Positions 26,265-39,545 are shown, counted from the stretch's first letter. The stretch: DNA of 64,000 nt from Octopus sinensis (GCF_006345805.1 NC_043007.1:27528001-27592000), one strand, 5' to 3'. The notes: generated from the sequence alone by a model not told the origin. Numbers and translations: made by a program.

Positions 26265-28433
26265 CTGCTACGTTGAAATAAACCAATGAACGAGGGAGGA
26301 AAAAAGCAAATTTTTAAACCGTCATACGTCGTCTGCTATAGAATTGCATTTTGAAATGTGTGTACAGTGTGACATTTAAACTAGTTGTAGACCCGTTATA
26401 TGTAGAATAATAGATCTATGAAAAGAAACAAGTTAATCAAGCAACACCTATAAGCATAAGCAGAGCTGACCAGGGTGAAAGAGCGACCATAAAAACAAAT
26501 GTTGTTGGTTATTATTGATTCCATACGTTTTAGCATTATCAGAGAAGTAGGTCAGATAAGATTGTAGGAGATAATAAAACGGAATTACAATTAGCTAACT
26601 TCACGCCGGACGCTTTTTAGTAATGCGTTCAGTCATAAAATCATTCATTCAGTCAGAATCAAAATCAGCCATTGTAGGAAGATCTACTTTTATACTCAGT
26701 ATGTGATATGCCTTATACATTAGTAATGTGTCATATGCAGTCACTTAGTGATGAAATATGTAATACTGTGTGAAATTGCTTTCTTGACTGAATATTATTT
26801 ATGAGTAGATAGACGTAAGACGTTGTGTTATTATGCAGGATATAAATGCTGTACACACATGTGGCACATTATTTCATGGAAATAAATTAATATGCAATAT
26901 ATGAAGTAGGCTCAACATAGAAAACAGTTATACACTATTCTTTAATAACGCTTCGGGTGCTTCCTCACTCTACACATGCATCGTTCACACCGAAAGAACA
27001 CCAGAAAACGATTACAGCCATAAAATGGTAATCATTCTCTCTCTTCGATTCTCTTTCAGATTTCTCTTGGTATTGTCTCGCAGTTTTCCTCGTTCGCTTT
27101 TTGTCTTTTGCTCACTCTATACTCACTCTGGTCTTATTGTGTTGGTCTATCTCGGGTCTGATTTCGAAATCAACTTTTTGTCTTAGTACTTTGTTGCTTT
27201 CTTTCGGTCTTTTTCCCAGTTCGGTCTCATCTTCTTTGGTATTTGGCATTGGTCCCATCCTTATTTCCACTCGGAATGTTCAATGTCTACTCTAGATCTA
27301 TTCTTGCTGTGGTTTCGGTGTCTATATTTTGCTAGTGACACCGTTGCCCTCTATTATAATTCGCCTCTAGCCCCCAGTATTTTTAACGATATGCCAATAT
27401 TATACCTCAAACCCTGACCAGTCCAAGATAAACGCCACCGAGTAAATACCACCGGGATGTGCAGATGGTTCCCAAGCCACGTCTCATTAAGGATCAAAAC
27501 TTGTTTCGCAATGATTTTCTCAGCTTAGTGGGTAAATGTTCCCAATAGGAATAGATTCAGTAAAACTTAATTGACACCACTTCAGAGTCTCATTTAGCTG
27601 TGCACCTAATATAAAAAGATATGAAACGGTAGACCCACACCTGTGACAAAGACAAGATGGTTATGTAGACGAAGCGCTACATGTCCCTTTCACTCGGAAA
27701 CAGTCGTGTATGTTACAAAATTTGGCAAACAAACATACAAAATTTGTGGGACCGACATAATTCTCTTCAAGAACAGACCCACTAACCATAATTCCTGCTT
27801 CAATATCAAAGTGAGACAAAATGCCAAAACCTTGTCTGGACAAGTATAGTCGTTAATAGAAAGCGGCAGAGTACTGCATAAGCTGAAAGATCTTAGAAAA
27901 ATGGAAGGCTTATTTAAATAGAATTAGATAATAAAGGTCATACCTAACCGAGAAGATAACCATAAGAAAATCCTCACAGCCACAAAACATTTAGTTGAAG
28001 TATGGAAATGTGATTTTAGCGTTTGCCCACAGGAACGAAGGTATTTTTTAAGGTACACATAGACACCTTCAAGACTATAATCTGCCTATATGCATATAAA
28101 TTTGTGTGTCACACAAGTGACACTCAGATTTATATGCATCCTAATAAGGGCTTAACCTTTCGGACACCCACCCAACTACGACAGACAAAACGACGCATGC
28201 AATACTTCTGCACACGTTCCAGTCCTACATAATTCGCAACACCTATGCACAGTTCCAGAAATCTCTTGTTCACTTACAGCTCCTTGAAAACCCTTTGAGC
28301 TTAAGGAGAGTTCATATCGCACCGGATGCGTTTCTTTTTTTACCTCTAATAACGGAGGGAATAGACAGATTTTTCCATACTTACCAGGTCTGTTGAGCAC
28401 ACGGTTATCTAATACCGTGTGCTTAACATGGTT

Positions 28434-28820
28434 AAGGCGGCGAGCTGGCAGAAACGTTAGCACGCCGGGCGATATGCTTAGCGGTATTTCGTCTGCATTA
28501 CGTTGTGAGTTCAAATTCCGCCGAGGTCGACTTTGCCTTTCATCCTTTCGGGCTCGATAAATTAAGTACCAGTTACGCACTGGGGTCGATGTAATCGACT
28601 TAATACCTATGTATGTCCTTGTTTGTCCCCTCTGTGTTTAGCCCCTTGTGGGTAATAAAGAAATAGGTATTTCGTCTGCCGTTACGTTCTGAGTTCAAAT
28701 TCCGCCGAGGTCGACTTTGCCTTTCATCCTTACGCACTGGATCAATGTAATCGACTTAATCCGTTTGTCTGTCCTTGTTTATCCCCTCTATGTTCAGCTC
28801 CTTGTGAGCAATAAAGAAAT
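28434..28820 (+). mobile_element. Second SINE family, head-to-tail dimer; further degraded monomers at ~28850-29040 and ~29060-29275
   Basis: AAGGCGGCGAGCTGGCAGAAACGTTAGC head; unit restarts at GGTATTTCGTCTGCC (~28666). Confidence 0.88.
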
Positions 28821-29799
28821 AATTATAGAGCGTGACAAATTTGCAAGCTGAGAAAACAGTTAGTAAGCAGTGTAAAATGCTTAGCAGCATTTCGTATGGT
28901 TTTATATATAGAGCACAAATTCCACCGAGGCTGACTTTGCCTTTAATCCTTTGGAAATCGATAAACTATGTACCTGTAGCGCACTGGAGTCGTTCTTATC
29001 CCACCAAAATTTCGGACCTTGTACCTAAAGTAGAAAAGAATATATACAGCGACAAAAGAGAGGTCAGCTGACAGAATCGTTAGCACGCCGGGCGACGTGC
29101 TTTTCGATAGTTCGTCTGCCGTTACGTTCTGTGTTCAAATTCCGCCGAGGTCGACTTTGCCATTCATCATTTGAAGGTCAATAAAACAAGTTCCAGTTGA
29201 TCGCTGGGTCGATGTAATCGACTTACATCCTCCTCAAAATTTGCTGGTCTTGTCCCAAAATTTGAAGCCAATATATAGAGTGACAATAGCACAGGTAAGA
29301 ATGCATTTAAAAACTCTCTCTCTCTCTCTCTCTCACCCACACACACTACGGATGATATTCGTCATCCACTGAAAATATATGCATTTGAAACACGGAAGCA
29401 TCTACATTTACCAACACACATAAAAATAAGTAGCACTGCCGTACAATGGCAACATACATATAGAAAGTTTAATACTCGGAGGTCCATACATAGAATCAAT
29501 GTAAATGTATTCCGTCAATATCAAAGACGGCCAGATGTTTTAATCTCTGTTTTGATATTAACGGAGACAGGAACGTGACAGAACGTATTAATCTGAGAGA
29601 GGGCCACAAATATGTGAATGTGAGAGAGAGAGAGAGAATACAAAATTGAGAGAATAAATGTAATAGACATACATATATACGTACATATACATATACAAAC
29701 ATACGTACGTACGTACATACATACATACATACATACATACATACATACATACATACGTACGTGAGAATAAAAATCGTATTGACATGACAAATGCAGCAC

Positions 29800-30380
29800 T
29801 AAAAGTAAAGAGAGAAAGGTGAAGAGAGAAGACGAGTGATGTAGAGGAAGAGAGAAGGAGAGAGAATGGCAGATAGAAAGAGAGAGAGAATGAGAGAGGA
29901 GAGAGAGAATGAGAGAGAAGAGAGAGAATGAGAGAGGAGAGAGAGAATGAGTGAGAAAAGGAGAGAAAGGAGAGAGAGGAGAAGAGAGAAGAGAGGGAAT
30001 AAGAGAGAGAAGAGGCAGAAGAGAAAGAAGGAAAGAGAAGGAGTGAGAGGGGAGAGGAGAAGAGAGAAGAGGAGAGAGAAGCACGGACAGCGAAGGAAAG
30101 AGAGAGAGAAAGAGAGAGTGAAGGGTGAGAATATAAGACAGAGGGAGAAGAGGGAGAGAAGGAGAGAGAAAGGGAGGAAGAAAAAGAGAGATAAAGAGAG
30201 GGAGAAGAATATAGCGATGGGGAGAGAGAGAGAAAGTAAAGGGAAGAGAAATAAAGAAGGATGACAGAAAGAAGAAATGAATGATGGAAGAATAGAATGG
30301 AAAATCAAAACTATAAATGAGAAAAGAGCTGAGAGAAATAACGAAGGAGATTGAAGGAAGAGAAGAAGAAGGAAAAGGAA
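29800..30380. repeat. Polypurine (GA-rich) low-complexity tract
   Basis: Almost only G/A on + strand; source of the K/R/E-rich ORF 29947-30264. Confidence 0.92.
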
Positions 30381-31252
30381 GAATATGGTGGAATGATTAA
30401 TGAACGAGTTAAAATGTCGTTAGCATTGCAACAGCGAACATACATGTCGGATTTAGTGATAAATATTTAGATTATACAAGGTATTAAGTAGGAGTTTATT
30501 TGTTAAAGAAACTCACAGGTGATACTGCGTATGTGTACTGATAGGAAACGAGTTTTCTTTTCATCATGCAACACCTTTAAATCGTAAAAAAGAAACAGGC
30601 AGGGAAAGAAAACAGAAAAGTCGGGTTACCACACGGTCAGATGGTTTTCCTGAAATAAAATACAAATCCCATAAATATTGATTTTTACCTTTCTTTTTTT
30701 TTTGTATATATTTGGCAGCCATTTAGTGTCACCGCCATGAAAAATGTTTAGTCGAATGAATGGAGTCTGGTACTTAGCTTTCCATTTTAAAGTCAGATAC
30801 TTACTCCCTGTAACGATTTTGACGAACCGCTAAGTTACGAGGCTGTGAACACCCAAAAGCTGGTTTTCAAACGTTAGAGGTGGACAGACAGGGAAACAAA
30901 TCATATACAGGTATACACAAAAATATATATGGATATGCACACATATATAGATATTACATATACAAACACAGACACACATACACACACACACATGTATATA
31001 TCGATTTGGTTTGCAAGATTCATTATGTGAGTCCCTGTGTTGAAGCATATTATGGGGAGAATAATTTTCTTTTTGTGCCTTATAATTTAACACACTCACC
31101 GGTAAAATTTCCTAAAATTTTCGTTGGGTCTTGCAACCCTTTCAATAGACATGAATCTCCATTATTTACACTGCGTTCCTTTTTGCTTGTTTGTGCGCAT
31201 GTGTTTGGGTCAGTGTGAGTGTGTGTGTGTGCTATTATTATTATTATATTAT

Positions 31253-31748
31253 TATTATTGAGTGAGAGAGCAGTCCATGCCATCAAAGTGACACTGGGGT
31301 ACAACTATACGAAGCCTAGTATACCCATCATGACTACCCGTCTGGTATGGGTACATCAGGTACATGCCTCACAACCATGTTTACGCGACATAGTGATCTC
31401 ATATCAAGATAAACAACGCAAGTCCTTTCCGGTGGGGCCCAGTTTGAATTTTCATCAGGTCGAGTAGCCAATCCCGCTCGAAATGTCCCTGAATAATGCT
31501 TGTTTCCAGAGGTAAATAACACCTAAGTATTCATCTCAACACATATCTATAATGCGCCCCAATAACTTCTGCTCATGATCAGAGATGTACATATCGTCAG
31601 AGACTTAGGGACATGCTCAACTGGTTAAGGTCAAACAACTGACAAGCAAATCTGTGGCATTGAGCAGATTATATTTGCTGTAGCCCATCTTTTATACCAA
31701 ACATTGTACATGATAACACTTCCAATCCGTTAAGATCAGAAGCCATGA
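31253..31748 (-). mobile_element. Older copy of the (AAT)n-tailed ~550-bp repeat
   Basis: Aligns by eye to 8352-8908 with more substitutions. Confidence 0.8.
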
Positions 31749-32063
31749 TTGTGTGTAGTGCGCTTTTGCACTGTCTTTCAAGTCTCAAAAAGGACTTCAG
31801 ATCGTGCTTTACGCAATATACGTGCAGTTCCAAGTGATGCCAATTTTTGCAATACACCTTTCATTTTCGTCTGTTATAAAATTGAAACTTAAAGACTGAA
31901 GATATCATTCCATCAACGTCTCATTCCATCAACGTTAAATTTCTATAACTTTGAATTTTTATCACTTCCCATTTTGAATTTGACAAAGACAGACTTAGTG
32001 TTGAAATATCGTTCAACCAATAGAATATCCATTACAGTCGGAACGCGCTCTTCGTCTTCACTC

Positions 32064-32116
<53 letters not shown>

Positions 32117-32146
32117 GTTATTATTATCATCATTCTTCTTCTTCTT

Positions 32147-32229
<83 letters not shown>

Positions 32230-32230
<1 letters not shown>

Positions 32231-32470
32231 GCGTGCTTTCACTTCACTACCGAGCGCAGCTCTGTGTGCCTTGGGTATGTGCTGTGATGCTCTGATGGTT
32301 ATTGTATGGAAAGTGTTCTGCGTAGGATGTGTACAGTGCCTAGTAGTGCAATTTTCTGTATGTTATATGTGTTTGTAAGTCCTGGTGTTTTTGTTATGTA
32401 TTTGTCTGAATATTTTTTTATCATGCCTAATGCACCTACTATGATAGGAATTGTTTCTGTTTTTAGATTC
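32230..32470 (-). mobile_element. R4/Dong-like non-LTR retrotransposon 3' end, second subfamily, in (TAA)n
   Basis: 32469-32299 reads NLKTETIPIIVGALGMIKKYSDKYITKTPGLTNTYNIQKIALLGTVHILRRTLSIQ*; different 3' UTR from 57296; (ATT)n on both sides. Confidence 0.85.
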
Positions 32471-32481
32471 TATTATTATTA

Positions 32482-32950
32482 TTGAGTGAGAGAGCAGTGC
32501 ATGCCATCAAAGTGACACTGGGGTAAAATATACGAAGCCCAATATACCCATCATGACTACCCGTCTGATAAGGGCACACCAGGCACATGCATCACAACCA
32601 TATGTGCGCGACATGGTGATCTCATATCAAGATAAACAGCACATGACCTTCCAGGTGGGGCCCAGTTAGAATTTTCTTCAGGTTAAGTAGCCCATCCCGC
32701 TCAAACGGTCCCTGAATAAGGGTTGTTTAAGGATGTTGAAAGAACCACCCATGTTTCCAGAGGTGAATTATTCAAACCCCAAAGAATCCCTCTCAACACA
32801 TGGCTGTGATGCTCCCCCACTACTTCTGCTCGTGATCAGAGATGCACATATCGTCAGCCACTAAGGGGCATGCTCAACTGGTTAAAGTCAAACAACTGAC
32901 AATCAAATCTGTGGTATTGAGCAGAATATTTGCTGTAGCTCATCTTTTAT
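32482..32950 (-). mobile_element. (AAT)n-tailed repeat, 5'-truncated copy
   Basis: Near-identical to 8352-8820. Confidence 0.85.
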
Positions 32951-32958
32951 TATTATTA

Positions 32959-33000
<42 letters not shown>

Positions 33001-33956
33001 GGCGTCGGGCTGGCAGTCCGTTCTGAGTTGAAATTCCGCTGAGGACAAATTTGCGTTTCACTTTCACTGTCAATGGGATAAGTACTAGTTATGAACTGAA
33101 GTGATTGGTGTGATCAACTACCCTATAACCACCACCACCACTACCACCACCACCAACAACAACAACAACACCACCACCACCACCACCACCCCACCACCAC
33201 CACCACCACCACCACCACCACCGCCACCGCAAAACAATTCAGGGCCTGTGCATATAATAGAAAGAATTGTTGTTTCTCTTGTTGATTTGGACGCTAATTT
33301 CTTAAAGCAGCGTTAAGCGTGCACATCTCTTGGAAACGTTGTAACATTTCCCACCATATTATTGTTTTTACTTAAGATTATAATGCTATATGTATCCAAG
33401 CTACGAGACTCCTGAAGGAATTTGGCTTCTATTTCACGCATAATAAACGACCGCATAGACTGTCAATCGTTGGTAAGAATTCCCTGACGCATAGTGGAGC
33501 TCGGATCAAAATTACCATTTGTAATTATTTATATGTCCCTTTACGTACAGATTTCAACCCCTTTGAATTGACCTTTGCCGATTGTCTCTTCTGGGTCAAT
33601 AGCAAATGTGCCAGGTCGACAACGTAAGCGACGGGTCAAGTAGTTGAATAGACGTAATGTATGCACACAATCGTTATTAATTTACAGTGAATAATCGCGT
33701 ATATCTGTGTAAATATATCCGTGGAGGATTGTTTGTCAATTATGTTTGTCGAACTTGCTTCATGTTTGATTTGTCAGGTCCTCTGATCGCTAAGCAAGTA
33801 TTTCTTTGTGGAGATGACGTGGCATCAATTTCGCCTTGAACGTCATGGTCATCGTGATGCAGGCAGTTATCGACAACGCTACAGGCATTGTTTTTGGTCT
33901 TTGCTGTTAGACCCAGGGCTGCCTCACGACGAGCATCATATTGATCAAATACTTAC

Positions 33957-34021
33957 CATCTGTGATCATCCACTCCATTTCTTGTCTCTTCAAAAATTTC
34001 CACCAACTCGTTCAAGAGCTT
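33957..34021 (-). CDS. Candidate internal coding exon, 65 nt, phase 0 to 2
   Basis: Acceptor TTCCCTGTTAG, donor TG/GTAAGT; only one open frame: KLLNELVEIFEETRNGVDDHR(W/C). Protein not recognised. Confidence 0.42.
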
Positions 34022-34049
34022 CTAACAGGGAATCAATTCCTATTTTTTT

Positions 34050-34445
34050 ACTACCTAGAAGGGGCTAAACACAGAACGGGACAGACAAACTGATTAAGCC
34101 GATTATATCGAACCCCAGTGCGTAACTGGTACGTATTTAATCGATCCTGAAAGGATGAAAGTCAAAGTCGACCTCGGCGGAATTTGAACTCAGAACGTAG
34201 CGGCAGACGAAATACATATTTCTTTACTACACACAAGGGGCTAAACACAGAGAGGACAAACAAGGACAGACAAACGGATTTAAGTCGATTATGTCGACCC
34301 CAGTGCGTAACTGGTACTTATTCAATCGACCCCGAAAGGAGGAAAGGCAAAGTCGACCTCGGCGGAATTTGAACTCCGAACGTAACGGCAGACGAAATAC
34401 AGCTGAGCATTTCGACCGGCGTGCTAACGTTTCTGCCAGCTCGTC
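34050..34445 (-). mobile_element. Second SINE family, head-to-tail dimer
   Basis: Two GGGGCTAAACACAGA..GACAGACAAAC..CCCCAGTGCGTAACTGGTAC..AAAGTCGACCTCGGCGGAATTTGAACTC units; head ends CTGCCAGCTCG. Confidence 0.9.
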
Positions 34446-34532
34446 TAGTTCAATTCCGCCTAGTTCCCCATCGTTTCCGTCTAGTCCAGTGGTTTTTAAC
34501 CATATATTTTGCCTATCGACACTTTTGGTTTC

Positions 34533-35118
34533 TATTGGGCTGTCCGGAAAGTTCATGCCGATTTTTAAAAGAAAGAAAAAGGTCAATAAATACATGCCAT
34601 TGCATTTTTAATCAACCAAATATGAACCATTTTGTTGCACAATGCGTCTCCATCTTTCCTTTAACTTGAAACTAACCTCTTCCCAGAATTGAGGCGGTTT
34701 CACGGCAAAGAATTCATCAAGGTATCTTTTTACGTCATCCAAGGAATTGAAATTCTGCAGAGACCTGAATAAGTGGAAATCCGAAGGAGCAATATCTCGT
34801 GAATATGGAGGGTGGGGTAACACATCCCTGCCGAGCTGCAGCAATTTTTGTCTGGTTCCCAGAGCATAAAGTGCCGAAAATGAACTTTCTTATCTTCCAT
34901 TTTAAAGGGTTACAGAATTAACACAGGTTATAGGAAAATAAACCTCCTTCCGCGAAAAGATAGCTTAAACTTGCTCTAAATGGAGGTGTAGTCAAATCCT
35001 ATTTCATGGACTCAAACATGTTCTAAAATAAGTCAAAAGATAAGCTACTATAAAGCTACTATCGGCACGATTGTAAAAGTAAGCTACTATCGGCACGAAC
35101 TTTCTGGACAACCCAATA
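34533..35118 (-). mobile_element. Internally deleted mariner (DD34D) with both TIRs and TA target duplication
   Basis: 30-bp inverted ends including TA (3 mismatches) at 34533-34562 and 35089-35118; ATG at 34900 gives MEDKKVHFRHFMLWE, joined to LGRDVLPHPPYSRDIAPSDFHLFRSLQN...RWRRIVQQNGSY. Confidence 0.95.
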
Positions 35119-35179
35119 TGTTACTCGGGCGAACCAGAATAGCCACTCGATGTTTAAGAGTTCCTATTATATTTTATTG

Positions 35180-35400
35180 TTAAGGCAGTTAGCTGGCAGC
35201 ATCGTAAGGAGGCCAGGCGAAATGCTTAGCGATGTTTCGCCTGTCATTACGATCTACGTTCAATTTCCTCCGAGGTCAACATTTCCTTTTATCCTTCGGT
35301 GTCGTTAAATTAAGTACCAGTGAAACACTGAGTTTGATGTAATCTAATAGTTTTCCTTCCTCACAAATTTCAAGCTTTGTCCCCTTAGTAGAAATGGATT
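35180..35400 (+). mobile_element. Second SINE family, diverged monomer
   Basis: AAGGCAGTTAGCTGGCAGCATCGT..GAGGTCAACATTTCCTTT..AAATTTCAAGCTTTGTCCC. Confidence 0.75.
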
Positions 35401-36245
35401 ATAATTTTAAGTCTAAATATTATTAGGAATTCTATGAATTAAAAAAAAAAATTGTGTATTATAGAAGTACAACGAATATATTTCAGACAAATTTTCACAA
35501 CAGAATCTTGTATGAACTACGATTGCGAATTACTGGTCTGGCCGGTCAACAGTATCCAACTGTTTGAATTCCATGGTTGAATTCCACTTGACGGCAGGCG
35601 TAAAAATGGCGCTGACTGAAAAATCACTTGGCAGCAGATATCTCAAGCTGACCAGAAGTGAGTTATCGTTACGTAGAAAGCATGTTCGAGTGTAACAGTG
35701 ATCGAACATGGTGCAGGAAGCTTACCGCTAAGCAGTCTAGTAAAACCTAAAGCTAAGAAGTTTCTCCGTCCATAATGAAGAAACAGAAATGCATTTCCGT
35801 GTATGGTATCTGTGACAAGTGACTATTATTTCTAAGTTTGTAGCGTTTGAATAGGGTTTCCCTTGTTGACTCAAACTGATTACAGTATTTGTTTCGTAAG
35901 TAAATGTTTGGCAAACAAACACTATATACAAACTAGGACTACCTAGCTACGACTCGTGTTATGTTTTACTTCCTGTGTTAAATACTGATTAATCAGATAT
36001 AATCAAAGGAAATTCTACATTAGCAATTCCGTTTTTCTTTTATTTATTTAAATATCGCCTATTGGAATACATTAGCAGATTTGTCCTGCATTTTGAATAC
36101 TAGACGATGTTATTTGTGGGGACATCGTCTGCATCATTTACCAAGGCAAACGATCAAGGAGAGACTCCTTCATTGGTGCGTGTTTATGAGGCATGTTACT
36201 ATTTCTATATGACTGTGTGTGGGTGGATATGAGAAAACCCACATT

Positions 36246-36306
<61 letters not shown>

Positions 36307-36332
36307 GATCTATCTATCTATCTATCTATGAA

Positions 36333-36399
<67 letters not shown>

Positions 36400-36421
36400 T
36401 ACTTACATATATGTATGTATG

Positions 36422-36453
<32 letters not shown>

Positions 36454-36476
36454 CTATCTATCTATCTATCTATCTA

Positions 36477-36507
<31 letters not shown>

Positions 36508-36510
36508 GAA

Positions 36511-36548
<38 letters not shown>

Positions 36549-37891
36549 TATATATATATATTAACTTACATATATATGTATGTATTATCATATATACGTA
36601 AGTGTATATATATATATGTGTGTGTGTGTATATATATATATACATGTATGTAATCTTTTATGTATATATATGTTTATACATGTGTATATATATAGATATA
36701 TACACATATATATATATGTATATCATATATCATATATATTTATATACACTCATTTATATGTATATTATATAAGATTAGGTGTGATCTGTTGGAGTTAAGT
36801 CTATGTGCTGACAAGTGTATGTGTCAATGTGTACGCGCATGTGTTTTGGTATGTATGTATGAATGTTTGCGCGTGAGTGAGAAAGCCAGAGTTTTAAAAG
36901 TGTGCGGTTGTTTGTCATGTATTGTATGCTTTGTCAGTGCCTGGTGTTTCGGTATTGGTATGGAGAAGTGAAAGCTGTTTGATATCACGAGATCTTGTGA
37001 TGTGTTGGTCATCAGGGAGAGGGAAAAGGTTATTGTCAGGCAGGTTTTTAATTAATCAGAAACTTAGCATGCACAAGATTCATTGATATACGCAAATATG
37101 CAGAGTAACTAAAAACATGGCGGTAGTGAAAAAAGAGGTAATGATGGAGTGGCGATATGGGAGGAGAGTAAGAGGGAGGGAGGGAGGAGAGAGGGTGAGT
37201 GCCAGGAAATAAACATTATGATAGAAAGAGAAGGAAAGAAGAGAACAAATAAGACTGAATAATTAAGGCTGGAAAATAGAAAAAGTTGTTTAAGTGTGGG
37301 GGGGGGGGGAAGAGAAGGGATGTGTATACGTGTGCGTGTGTATGTGTGTGTGTGTATGTGTGTGTGTGTATGTGTGTGTATGTGTGTAAATGGATTTGAT
37401 AAAACAGAAATAATATGAGTCATAAAAGACGTAGAGTAATAGAAAGAGGAACGATAGAGAGAGAACGAAGGAAGGGAAAATGAGAGAAAGAGAGAGAGGG
37501 AGAGAAGGAGAGAGGGAGAGAGAGAATGAAAGAGATAATGAGAGATTGAGGCTTTGAGGTGCAGAGTGAGGAAAGTAACTCGGGGAAAGAATATAAGATT
37601 CAGAAAAAAGGGCTGATGGTCGGTGATAGAAAATCGGAAGAAGAAAAAGCAATCAGGGAGAATGTGAGAAAAAGGGGAAGAGAAAGAAAGAGACAGGGAG
37701 AAAAAAATGAGTAGGATAGAATGATGGAAAAGGGTGAGCCATGGAGAGACAGAAATGTCTTTCTAAGAGAGAATGACACAAACGGAACGAGATATATGTG
37801 TGTACGTGTGTGTACAACAACAACAACAACAAAAAAAGAACAATTGAAACGCGGGAGAACCCCACATCGGAGTTGTACATTGAATAGAGTG

Positions 37892-38832
37892 AGGGCACTC
37901 TCCGGCCCAGTTTGCCGACGGCTAGGCTTGTTGCAAGGGTGTGGCTGTGAGGTAAGACGTTTACTTCCGAGCCACATGGTTCTAGGTTCAATTCTATTCC
38001 GTAGCACTTTGGTCAAGTGTCTTTTATTATAAGTTCGGGCGTACCAGAGCGTTGGGAATGAATTTGGTAGACAGAAACTAAAAGAAGACCACCGTACGCT
38101 CATAGGCATATGTGCGTGTGTGTGTATGTGTGTGCGTGTCTTTGTGACTGCGTTTTTTTTTCTCGATTACCGCTTGACAATTGGTGTTGACCTCTATAGA
38201 TACATGTAACTTAATGGTTTGGTATTAGAAATAATCGAATATGTATCAGGCTTTAAAAGAAATTGAGTATTGTGTATTGATACATGCGACTAAAAACTCT
38301 TGAAGGTAGTGTCCCCAAAACGCCGCCTCTAATTATTGAAATAAGTAAAAAAAAATATAAGGTGAATGTGTGTATGTTCACTTATTCTGGTAGGGAATAT
38401 AAAAGGCTTTCAGATTCTTGCTTTTGACATGTTGAGCTAAGCATTGTGTTTCGGGCGTCTCAATGATCAGCTCGGTGTTAATGGTAAAACGAAGTGCCAG
38501 AAAATGGAGAATGATGCATTTGTCATCTCTAAAGGACCAACCTCGTCGTTTGTGAATCGTCTGTCGATGCAATTTTTTTTTCACACACAGACACGCGCGC
38601 ATACACACACTCACATACACACATTTGCCTGTGTGCATACGACGGTCTTCTTTTAGGTACCGTCTATTAAATTCATTGCCAACACTCTGGTGTAGCTGAA
38701 CTTATAGCAGAAGATACTTGTTCAAGGTGCTACTGAGTAGAATTGAACCTAGAACCATGTGGCACGGAAGTAAACGTCTTACCACACAGCCACACCCTTG
38801 CAACAAACCTGGCCATCGGCAAACTGGGCCGG
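37892..38832. repeat. Inverted pair of CORE-type SINE copies sharing extra 5' flank
   Basis: 37892-38160 (+) and ~38580-38832 (-) both include ~45 bp beyond the usual SINE head (TCCGGCCCAGTTTGCCGA.GGC.AGG.TTGTTGCAAGGG). Confidence 0.8.
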
Positions 38833-39030
38833 AAAAGTTACAGAAGTCCAAAAATGATGAATTTGTCATCTCTTGAAGAACTACTACTTAAAAAACTTCC
38901 CCTTAAAAACTACCTCTTAAAGAACTACCATAAATTTCCGCTCCTGTCAGTTACACTTGAACACAGTCTGTCTGTGGAACAACCTCGTCGCTTTGAATCG
39001 TCTGACGACGCAAACTTTTTCTTCACTTAC

Positions 39031-39084
39031 CTGGCGATTCGTATCAGCGGTCGGCCTTGAGGTTCTTCTACTATTTTGTTTTAC
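39031..39084 (-). CDS. Candidate internal exon, 54 nt, phase 0 to 0
   Basis: Strong acceptor (CTTTCTCCTTCGTACTTTTCCGCCCACTTCCTTATTGCATTTATTACAG) and donor CAG/GTAAGT; only frame 0 is open: VKQNSRRTSRPTADTNRQ. Confidence 0.5.
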
Positions 39085-39419
39085 CTGTAATAAATGCAAT
39101 AAGGAAGTGGGCGGAAAAGTACGAAGGAGAAAGACATGCTCTACTAATATATGCAAATTGAACAAGTTTTGTCGATAAAAGACGTTATGTCTGCTTTTGA
39201 GTTACTTACGTTCTAACCCTCGCAGGAATTTATGTATATAAGTGTGTATATGCGTTTATGCATATAAACAGACAGTTAGATGTGTATTAACACGTACAGG
39301 TATATAACTAGATATATTAACAGAAAAATCATTAAACGAAAAATAAAACAATTATCAATTGTACAGCTAGCAAAACTGATGATATACACATAGAACAAAC
39401 ACATTCACGAATATATTTA

Positions 39420-39466
<47 letters not shown>

Positions 39467-39545
39467 TGATAGATCGCTCGATCGATGAATTGATAGATTA
39501 ACAGATAAATATAGATACGGATATAGATGTATAATATTTATGGTT

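Noticed and set aside
27120-27280. Minus-strand K/E-rich exon ending at a GTGAGT donor
   Set aside because: In-frame stops upstream with no usable acceptor; more likely decayed purine-rich retroelement sequence.
29947-30264. Lys/Arg/Glu-rich 105-aa ORF
   Set aside because: Direct consequence of the polypurine tract.
30517-30574. Alternative phase-2 exon (WCCMMKRKLVSYQYTYAVSP)
   Set aside because: Splice signals are plausible but the exon end is weak and two frames are open; not supportable.
36247-36590. Duplicated compound microsatellite (similar case at ~45840-46070)
   Set aside because: Explained by slippage or assembly duplication; no independent structure.
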